Shown in pieces: positions 38,223 through 48,300 of a stretch of DNA of 64,000 nt. A program made the position numbers and the translations under genes. Numbering within the stretch: position 1 is the stretch's first letter; each line of letters starts with the position of its first letter. The stretch comes from Euglena gracilis (Eukaryota): the NCBI GenBank assembly GCA_039621445.1, contig CP154954.1, positions 2,232,001-2,296,000 of the forward strand, written 5' to 3'. The notes below the pieces were generated by a model. That model was not told the origin of the DNA and did not search any database. It was given only the letters and a program-made list of their open reading frames with translations.

Positions 38223-38353
38223 TTCGCATATCATGTCGGACAACTGAAAGCCCCTGGTGGGGTTCAAGCTTTGAATTACTTGAAGTTCCAACCTACAACT
38301 CAAGTCATTGAACTGTTGAAGTTTGTCTTGTTTGCTGTTCAAGTGTTTTCAAA

Positions 38354-41300
38354 TTGATCGACTGCTGTTCAAGTGTTCAAGCCTGGTGTCAGCCTTCTTC
38401 GTGGAGAGTGCGGGCCCACATTGTTTGCACCAGCAGCAGCATGTTTACCAGCTGCAGCTCCCGGACACATGGGGTCCACATCGATGGTACCAGCACCAGC
38501 ATTCCCAGCTGCAGCATTCAAGCCCTGGGAGATCCAGCCCCAGGAGAGTTGTTCACCATGGAGCCCAAGGAGCTGAAGCAAGATGCAGCAGTTGTCGAGC
38601 CCATAATGGCTCCCACTGCAGCTGCAGCAGGCACAGCCACTACAACTGGCGTAATCATGGTGAACTTTCTGATCTTCAAAGTTGCCTTGCCCAGTGTGTT
38701 TCACATTTCCCAAATTCCGATGATGCAAGAAGGGAAAACCATGCAGCGGGCTTCCAAAAGCCAGCAGCATTTGTCAGCCCCAAAATTACAGCAGGAGTTC
38801 AGCCCTGGAGTACCAGCCCAGGAGTTCGCCCCTGGAGTACCAGCCCAGGAGTTCAGCAATGGAGTACCCACTCAGCATTTCACCCCCCCGGTGCCAGCGG
38901 GGGAGACAAACCCTGAGTGGTCAAACCACAAGTTCAGCCCTGGAGGATTAACCCAGGAGACAGAGCTTAAGACATTCGGCTGGGAACATAAATGTTTTAA
39001 TTCCCATGGTTCCAAGACATTCCAACTCAAGCTGTCTGCCTTCCTGCCCCGCACCTCCCTGTCGTCACGTCGGTGTAGGTGTAGCTTTGCCATTTCACCG
39101 GGCAGGTTCAGGGAAAACAACCGTCGCAACGCCTGCTCTTATCCGAAAACAAGACAAGGATCAATGCACGTTTACGCAGAAAAGAACGCTGCGTCAGATC
39201 CGACAAAAGACCACTCGCCGCAGCGCCAAGACACCTTGGCAGCCCGTACCCATTCCCGGTCGGGGGGCGGCGCTGACCTCATACCGCTTTGGAGAAGGAT
39301 GGCACACAAAAAAGGCCACCCCCGCTGGAGGTGCTGGCGGAAATCACCAAGGCCACCACCGTTGTCTTCGACTGTTCCAAAACGGCCCCCACCCCGCCGA
39401 ATTGTGGCGGGACGCCGGAATCGGCCAGCACGAATGTTCAGGTCCCGTGGCACACGGGGACCTCTGCCCATCGGCATCGGCCATCACAGTTGCTTCATTA
39501 TGACGACCCGGTGGAGCCCGCTCAGATGTCCACAGGGGGGGTTCTCGAGGGCGGCGGACACCAAAAAGCGGTCCTCGTCCCGCCGAAATGCGGCGGGAGG
39601 CCGGAAACAGCCAGGCCGGATTCTCAGGTCTCGTGGCACAGGGGAACCACTGCCACCCGGCATCGGCCATCACGGTTGCTTCATTATGACGACCCGGTGG
39701 AGGCCGCTCAGATGTCCACAGGGGGGGTTTTCGAGGGCGGCGGACGCGAATAAGCGGTTCCCGGCCCGTCGAAATGCGGCGGGAAGCCGGAAACAGCCAC
39801 CCCGAATTTTCAGGTCCCGTGGCACACAGCGACCACTGCCTCCAAGCAGCGGCCTTCACAGTTCCTTCAAAATGACGACTCGGCGGAGCGCAGAGCTGGC
39901 TGGCAGGGGCAGCCTATTGAGGTGCGGTGCCATTCACGTACAACCGGTGCCGAAAGCGAGGTTTGGGTGCGCACAAGCACGGGCAGTGGGTAAACCGGGA
40001 AAAACGGGTCGCGGCAGTCTCCTGTCCTGTGGAGACGTCGAGAGTAACCCTGGTCCCCCCTCAGGGAAACCGGCTCCGCCGGGGGGCCGCAAACGCCCAG
40101 CTGCACCCCCGGCACCGCGGGCTGACGCGTCAACGGACAACGCCACTGACCTCGCCCACCCCGCTGACGACACCCCGGCCGCCATGGTGGTTGACCCCAA
40201 CGGCAACAACAGCGACCTCCGACACGTCGTCCTCCCGCGCATCATCGTGCCGGCAGCGCCGACTGGCCTGCAGGACATCTTGTTGAGCCGGGCAAAGACA
40301 GTGCTCCACGTGCCCGCCGGAAACCAGCGTGATGTGTCCGAGACCTTGTGCGACACCATCCTGGAGTACGTTGCCAGGCCAACGAATGACACCCTTTTCG
40401 CGGTGCTGTCTTTCCCCAAGCTGGTCCTGCGCACCGTCCCCACCGGAGGGAGAGAAGCACAGGAAGACATCTCCTCTGCAATCACGCGGCGGGTCAAATT
40501 GTTCAGGCAAGGCGACTACAGCACCCTCTGGGATGAACTACGTAACGCCACTAAACTGCCCCCTGTGGCTGTGGAGACCCGCGCCGCGAAGAAGGCTCGC
40601 ACCGTGCCAGCAGCAATCCCTGAAGCCACGCTCCGGCGAGCACGCACGCTGGTTGGGGAAGGGGCGCCAGCGAAGGCCCTCCAGGTCCTCCTCTCCGAAG
40701 GAACCCACCGCGCAAGCGACCCGGCTGTCTGGGCCAAGCTGCAAGCGTTACACCCCGAAGGGAAACCGGTAAACTTGGACACTGTCCCACGACGGGTACC
40801 CCCTTTCCCGGATGGACAGCAAGTGCGGTGGGAGGAGCTCCTCCGCGATGCCATTCTTCGCTTCCCCAGAACATCGTCGCCTGGACCGTCGGGGCTACGT
40901 CCTTGCCACCTCCAAGATGCGGTTCGTCGGCCAGGCCAAGGAGCACGACTGCTAACTGCGCTGGGGAAACTCACGTCGTCATGGGTGGATGGACAGCTCC
41001 CCAGCGACCACGCCCCGTGGTGGTGTGCCGCCAACCTGACGCCGCTGCGGAAGAAAGATGACGGCGTGCGACCCATAGCTGTCGGGGACACCATTCGCCG
41101 CTTGGTGGGCAAAGCGCTGCTCCACACCGGCCCCGCCAAGGACCAAGTGGGCAAGCTTAGCCCGTTGCAAGTGGGTGTCGGAGTGCCCAACGCAGCCGAG
41201 GCCGTCTCTCTAGCAACGCAGAGTCTGATCAGAAAGCTGAGTCCTCAAGGAAATTGGGCGGTTCTGCAGGTGGACTTCAAGAACGCCTTCAACACCCTCC

Positions 41301-43087
41301 ACAGGGGAGTGCTGCTCCGTGAGGCAGAAACCCGCGCGCCGGCACTGTTCAACTACCTGCGGTTCGCGTACGGACAGCCGGCTCCCCTGTTCAGCGACGG
41401 CCGCACGCTACCATCCACCAGAGGCACGCATCAAGGGTGCCCCTTGGGGCCGATCGGCTTTGCTGTTGGCCTGCAGTCCATCGCGGAGGCTATCAGCACC
41501 CAAGCAGAACTGCTGTGGTCCTGCTGGTATCTGGATGACGGAATCCTCGTAGGAGAGCCAACGGTTCTTCAGAAGTGCCTTGACTACCTACGCAGCGAAA
41601 GCAGTCGCACTGGGATACAGCTTAATAATAATAATAATAATAATCTGGCCAAGTGTGTCCTGTGGGGACCAGCAGCAGCCAGCCTCCCCGACCGAGAACT
41701 TCTGAAAATGGTGCCCTGGGCCGAGGGGTCCGGAATCACGGTCCTGGGCTGCCCAGTCGACTTCCCCAGCTCTGCAGACCACACTGTCGCCGCCTGGGCG
41801 GAAGCAACTGAAAAGATCGAACAAGCTGCTGACCTCGTTACTTCGGTCGCCGATCCCCAGTTGGCCCACCATCTCCTCCGCTACTGTCTGGACGGCTGTC
41901 GCGTAAACCACCTCCTGCGTGCCTCAGATTCGTACCTAGCGCAAAGCGAAGTCTCACGCTGCGGTGAGACCATCTTCAGCGCCTTCGAAGATATCCTGTG
42001 ACAGGCCCTGAACGCGGATCAGCGGCTACAAGCAGCGTTACCGCTCTCAGTGGGCGGCTGCGGCCTCCGAATTCCGGCGTCCCACCAAGGCGCCGCCCGC
42101 ACTGCAGCCTTATGTCAGTTCTACACACACGGCCACAAGAAGGTGGCATGCCCTGACTACGCTGCCGCCCCAGACGACCGCACTTGCCAGCAAGCCGCCC
42201 ATGACTTATGTTCCACGCTAGGAAATCGTCACCCAGAAAGCAGTCGCCTAGCAAACTCCGCCGCCTTCGCTTGCGCCTCAGGAAACGATACCTCCCAACG
42301 ATGGTGGCAAAAGGAGTCTGCCAAAACCACTGTGGATGCCTTGGTGGACAGGTCAGCCCCACGTGACCAAGCACGGCTCCTGGAGCAAGTCAACGGCATC
42401 GGGCACGGGTGGATGGCGGTACCTCCCCACGAAGCGCTGCACACTGTCATCGACCCGGCAAACTACCGATTGGGACTGAAATGGTGGCTGGGCTTGCCAC
42501 TAGCGGACTCTCCAACCATCTGTGCTGGTTGTCAGGCCACCGTGGATGTCCATGGCGAGCACGATCTGTGCTGCATTCGCAATAACTTTGCGAACCGCCA
42601 CAACGCCGTTCAAGACGCACTTTTCAACATCTTGTCAACGAACGGTCAAAGCGTGCAGCGCGAGGTCCCGGTGCCGAACCAACCCGACAGCTCGCTGCGG
42701 CCGGCTGACCTGCTTCTAGCTACCTGGCAGGATGGGAAGCCCACGGCAGTGGACATCACCATCGCCCATGGCTGGCAAGCTGCCGAAAGGCTGGCAACTC
42801 GGGAACGGTGGAGGACGTTCCTTAAAAGGAAGGACGTCGCCAAGCATACTAAGTACGACACTCCCTGCCAAAACGGGGGATGGTCCTTTGCCACCCTGGC
42901 CATGGGGACGTGGGGTGGCCTTGGACCCGAAAGCGCAAAGCTGCTAACCCGAATTATCAAACGCACCACCTCATGGGATCGCGGAGACATCGGTGCCACG
43001 CGCCAGGCCGAGAGCTACCAGCTTCTGGCGCTTTCACTCTTCCGGCAGCTTGCGCAAATGCTGCGCCCGAAACACATCCTACGCTGA
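38354..43087 (+). pseudogene. Leader-2A-RT-RLE polyprotein with one in-frame stop (41999-42001)
   Basis: GRGSLLSCGDVESNPGP (core 40031-40057); LQVDFKNAFN, GTHQGCPLGP, WYLDDG; CAGC..GEHDLCC, RPADLLL..AVDIT. Confidence 0.92.
39390..39890. repeat. 186-bp in-frame tandem repeat, about 2.7 copies
   Basis: ATGACGAC recurs at 39500, 39686 and 39872. Confidence 0.85.
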
Positions 43088-43949
43088 AAGCGCTTGTCCC
43101 CCCTCTTCAACACCTAGACTGAGCACGACGTCTGCCATCTTGTCGCGAGCTCCAAGGCAGCGGCAGCCAAATCAAGTCCCAGCATGCACCACGGCGGCTC
43201 ATCCCCGCATCACCGCCAAAGGCCAATCACCACCAGGACGCCACCACGAACCTTGACGCTTCTCTCCCCAACCGCCCGGCCGCGCAGCCTCCCCCTCCCC
43301 AGCATCCATCGGCCGCTAAGGCCCCTTCGTCCCCGCTTACCATTCCCTGACAATCAAACCCCTTCTGACTATCCATGGGGTTTCCCCATCTGTACATAGC
43401 TTCCCCCTCTCTGAACACTCAAATCCAGTCGGCAGTGCCACTGGTCGGTGGATTCGGTTTCTCCCACCACCGTGTTCACCCGCGACCTATCCCCTCGGTA
43501 CCGAAAATTATTCTTTACTGCAGGGAAATATTTGGGAAATATTTGGCGACGGCAAGTTTTTACTGACTTCTCTGGGCATCAAGCTCTCAGAGGTGTGCCA
43601 AACAATTCTGTCAGGGAGTTCATCTTTCCCTTCTGCAGATCACAAGGCAAGAAATTTCTGAAGTGTATCATGCAGAAGTGGATGAGGCGCTGTTGCAGAT
43701 GATTTTCACCCAGCTGAAGCTGAGACGAAGCTGAGACACTTTACACAGATGGCTTGAGATGATGGACCTGTTAGAAGGATTTGTTACTAATCTGGACCTG
43801 AGCGTGTCCGTGCTGCTCCATTTTGTTCTGTGTTTTTGCTGTTGCTGTGCCTAATAAAAGTCGAAGGTTTTTGTCTGTCCATTTTTTTTTCAACGTCATG
43901 GTAATCTAGGTCAGTCTGATTTGATTTTCAACGGTTTGATTCACATCTT

Positions 43950-44160
43950 GTGGCCAGTTTTGGGCCAGATCTGCTGGCCAGTTTTGGGCCAGATGTGCTG
44001 GCCAGTTTAGGGCCAGGTGTGCTGGCCGTTTTTGGGCCAGATGTGTTGGCCAGTTTTGGGCCAGATGTGGTGGCCAGTTTTGGGCCACAGGTTGTGGCCA
44101 GTTTTGGGCCACAGGTTGTGGCCAGTTTTGGGCCACAGATCGTGGCCAGTTTTGGGCCAC
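43950..44160. repeat. 24-bp minisatellite
   Basis: TGGCCAGTTTTGGGCCA(GAT/CAG)GTG units. Confidence 0.9.
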
Positions 44161-44807
44161 TTCAATTTTGGGAGGGTAGTTAGTTTTTTTGTGGTGTTTA
44201 CCTTGCCTTGACCCCATTTTCAGTTTTGGAAGTTAATGTCGAAATGACACCCTTTTTTTGTCATGGAGTTTGAAAAAGAGAGATTGGACACAAGGGATTG
44301 CAGTAACCCCCCTGGGGGGTGGGGGGCTGCACAGTCCAAATTTGGCCAGTTGCCACCTTTTGCACTGTCCAGCCGATTGGCCAGCCAACACACCCAGGTC
44401 CAAGCAAATGCCTGCTTGGACAGCGTGTCTTCTTCAAAGTTGCTTGTTCTGCCTTCCGTCATGCCAAGGGAGGGCAACTCGTACTCCCTCGAGGCAGACC
44501 GAGAAGGGAGGAAGGGACACCGAGGGCGAAGCACAAAGACATTGTGAGTGCGGAGCCCGAGGTGTCCACTCAGGGGCCCTTACGGTCTCCGCCGAGTAGG
44601 GGACGCTTACGTCTTCCCGGCATTGACACGTTAAAATCGGTGGCCTTATTTCTGCCGGCTTTTATTCACGAGATTTTTCGCGTCGGTATAAAGGCGCCGA
44701 ATCTTGGGGGTCGTGCGGGATAAAAGCCACGGTATTAGATTTTACGAATTAATGGGTCATCGGATTTAAAGCCTCTCCTGTACCATACCATAACCTCCTG
44801 CGGACCT

Positions 44808-44861
44808 TCAAATCCAGTAGGCTGCGCCACTGGTCGGTGGATTCGGTTCGCCCCACCACCG
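44808..44861 (+). other. Conserved 54-nt retroelement 3' terminus without an adjacent ORF
   Basis: TCAAATCCAGTAGGCTGCGCCACTGGTCGGTGGATTCGGTTCGCCCCACCACCG. Confidence 0.8.
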
Positions 44862-44929
44862 TTCCGTCCAGAACGCCTTCAATGCGGTGGATCAGCACCA
44901 GCGGCCGTTCCTTCTGAGCGTCCATGTTC

Positions 44930-44954
44930 CTTTCTGAGTGTCTATTTTTTTTCG
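44930..44954 (+). other. Euglenid spliced-leader exon copy
   Basis: CTTTCTGAGTGTCTATTTTTTTTCG. Confidence 0.88.
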
Positions 44955-44968
44955 TCTCCACATGAACA

Positions 44969-45328
44969 GGGGGTGTTCCCCCCGCAACCCCCCCGCAACC
45001 CCCCCCGCAACCCCCCCGCAACCCGACCGGAGGCCCAGTTCTGGGAAAATTTCTTTCGGGTGGGAGATGCCTAATTTTGGTTAAAATATAGTTGTCGTGC
45101 ACATTTTTGGCTCCAATCAGGGCAAATGGTCAAAATTTTGGGTTGGCGATGCCCAATTTGGAACCGAAATCCTAACTTGATGTGTGGGAATGCCTAATTT
45201 TTGGTGGCATCATCCAAATTTTGCGACTTGGTGATTCCTAATTTTGACCTGGAAAAATCGGTTTTTCCCCCGCAACCCCCCCCGCAACCCCCCCGCACCC
45301 CCCCCCCCCCGCAACCCGCCTCACCCCC
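44969..45328. mobile_element. MITE with 3-bp TSD (ACA) and (CCCCCCGCAA)n subterminal repeats
   Basis: Termini GGGGGTG / CACCCCC; empty-site equivalent CATGAACATGTCGGAC at 50218-50233. Confidence 0.85.
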
Positions 45329-45349
45329 ACATGTCTGACAAGCGGGCGG

Positions 45350-48300
45350 GTGGCCCGTAAAAGTCCACTGCAGACCCCCAAGGAGACGAAGTTTACAATC
45401 AACAATTGTCAAATTGATTTGATCGCTGCAGTTTCTGCTGTTCATCTAATCTGGAGTCAGCCTTCTTGGTGGAGAGCAAGGTCCACTGATTGCAGGGTGA
45501 GGTTCAGCCACCCAGCAGCAGCACATCGACTCAAGCCCTGGGAGATCCAGCCCCAGGAGAAGCAGGGTGAGATTCAGCCACCCAGCATCAGTACATCAAC
45601 ATCTGCGACCCAAGCCCTGGGGGATCCAGCCCCAGGAGAATTGTTCACCATGGAGCCCAAGGAACTGAAGCAAAATGCAGCAGAGGTCGAGCCCATAATG
45701 GCTCCCACTGCAGCTGCAGCAGGCACAGCCACTACAACCACAACTTGCCCAATCATGCTGAACATTCTGATCATCAATGTTGTCTTGGCCCATGTGTTTT
45801 GCATTTCCCAAATTCAAATTCACATGGTGGAAGGGAAAAACATGCAGCGGGCTTCAAACAGCCAGCAGCATTTGTCAGCCATGAATCTACAGCAGGGTGA
45901 GACTCAGCCACCCAGCACCACAGACCCCACACATTACATCTCTGTACCTGGACCTGGGACATCCTGTGCACCCAGTTCCCCCCCAGAAGAATCTTTCCCA
46001 GTCTGCCCTGGAGAGTTGGCCCAGGAATTCAGCCCTGTCGTGCCCGCCCAGGGATTCAGCCCCTCAGCAACAGCCCGGGAGCCAAACCCTGGAGTACCTG
46101 CTCAGCATTCCACCCCCTTATTGCCAACGGGGGGGGCAACCCCTGAGGGGTCAACCCAGAACTTCAGCCCCGGAGGATCAACCCAGCAGAAGGTGAGTGA
46201 AACATTCGGCCTGCAGTGTCAATGCTATAACCCTGCTGGACTCGATTTCAAAACTTTCCAACTGAAGCTGTCTGCCTTCCTGCTCCGCATCTCCTCATCG
46301 CACACTGTGGTCTTCAAAGTGGTTTTAGCCCACACCGCCTCATGCCATGTTCCTGGAGCAAAAAAGCCATATCTCTTCTCGGCACTAAGGAATTCCTTGG
46401 CCGTAAGCTACCACTGCCGGTCGGGCAGAGGTGACGACATCCTGACATCGGGCGACGTGGAAGCAAACCCGGGACCCACCCCCCCGGCGGATCCGCTAAC
46501 GGGATCCATGGATATCGACCTGACTACGGACCCCACAAGAGCGGTGGGGTTCTTACTGGCCACAACACAGGTGCCTCCTTCCGCCTTAGGCCCAGTGGAA
46601 GAGACCTCGACGCAGGACGCCCGGGACCTTCAACAACTTCTTCAGGCCCTTCTCAGCCGACCACCGCCAGAGGCCGCTCTCCCCTCCATTGATTCAAGAA
46701 CCACGACCCGCGGCCCAAGCGCGCTGCAGGACGACCAGGACATGGGGATGGATTTTATCCCCGGCATGAAATGTGGCGCCCCCTTGACTTCTCCTTGCCC
46801 GGATTTGTACCCGCCCTGGACCGAAATTTCTTTGGACTCCCGTGGGACGGTTTCGAACATCCCGAAGGGGGCCCTCCCAGCGGTCTCGGATGCGTATTCC
46901 ATGATCCTGCGCGCGTTCAATGACAAGCCCACGTGGGAAACTCTGCACGCGCTTTGGGCATTCCCGAAGGCTGTGCTGGCCCCTCTAGGAAAGGGCGGCC
47001 GAGGGCATTGGGCCCGCTTGGGCCGGGTCATTCGCGGCAGGGCGGAGGCATTTTTGAGGCGGGCGGTGGCGGAGAGTTGGAAGGACTCCATCCGTTTGCC
47101 ACAGTTGAGCCAAACGATCCGCACGCGGGGCCAGGCTCGCCGTGAGGAGGAAGTGCAGGAGGAGGGGTTTGTTCGCCGACTTGAACACCTGGTGGGCAAG
47201 GGTGCAGTTGGCAAAGCGTGCCAATTCCTGCTGTCTGATGGGGTGCAGGACAACAAAGACCCCATTGTTCGCCAACGCTTGAAGGATCTCCACCCTTCCG
47301 AAGAGCCACCCGGCCGAGGGCCACCGGACAAGCGGAAAGGTGTGCCGCCGCCTTCCGATGAGGACGAAAGGAGGGACCGGCTGTCTTTGGTGCGCAAGGC
47401 AGTCTTTAGCTTCGGAAAGGAGTCCGCGGCGGGCCCATCTGGGCTAAAGCCGGATCACCTGAAAGATATGCTGAGCAAAGAGGCAGGAGGCCAGGCACTC
47501 CTGGAGGGACTCACGACCTTCGTGTACAGGTGCATCAACGAGGGATGGCCTGCCGGTGCGGCCGAGATTCTCACATCCGCACGCCTCACGGCCCTGCGCA
47601 AGGTGAAGCCGTCGACTACCGTAGACAACGCGGGAAATCTCATCCGCACCTCACTGGATCCCGCCCAAGAAGGCACCCGCCCCATCGCCTCGGGCGAGTG
47701 TCTAAGGCGACTCGTGGGCAAAGTCCTGATGCGCCAACCCGCTGTCCGGAAATTCACGCTGGAAGGGCTGCCAGGACAGTTCGGTGTGGGCTGTCCGGAC
47801 GCATATGGGCTCATCGGGATGGGCCTTCAACACGTTGTCACAACACTGCACCAAGGAGGGTCCCGAGATTGGGGAATTCTGCAACTCGACTTCTCCAATG
47901 CGTTCAATTGCATCCGACGAGAAGCCCTCTTGGAGGCATCGCGAGAACGATGTCCCGAAATGGTGACATGGTTGGAGACCTGCTACGCTGAGCACTCCAG
48001 CTTGTTCCTTAGTGATGCGTGCCTTCGAAGCGAAACGGGAGTTCAACAAGGGGACCCGTGTGGACCAGCTGCCTTCTCTCTCGCAATCCAAAGCCTTGTG
48101 GAGGAAATACATGCAGTGTGCGGATGGCAAGCATGGTATTTGGATGATGCCCACGTCGTGGGGAACCTGCGCCAACTTGAAGCGGTAGTACACCTCGTGT
48201 TGGAGAAAGGACCCCTCATTGGTGTTGCCTTGAATGCCGAGAAGTGCACACTGTGGGGCCCCGCCTTCAACCCAGACTGGGCATCTCTCCCGCCCGGGAC

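Larger units (their letters stand above)
38197..43493 (+). mobile_element. SL-headed CRE-like retrotransposon, probable 9-bp TSD CTCGGTACC
   Basis: TSD at 38188-38196 and 43494-43502; SL at 38197-38222; conserved terminus at 43419-43472. Confidence 0.88.

Noticed and set aside
38197-38260. SL copies as functional SL RNA genes
   Set aside because: No GT donor after the exon, no shared downstream intron and no linked 5S rRNA seen
29418-42001. In-frame stops (29418 TGA, 30088 TAA, 41999 TGA) as a non-standard genetic code or readthrough
   Set aside because: They align to different residues in sibling elements (C, N/Q, G) and the 45350 ORF has none; ordinary decay
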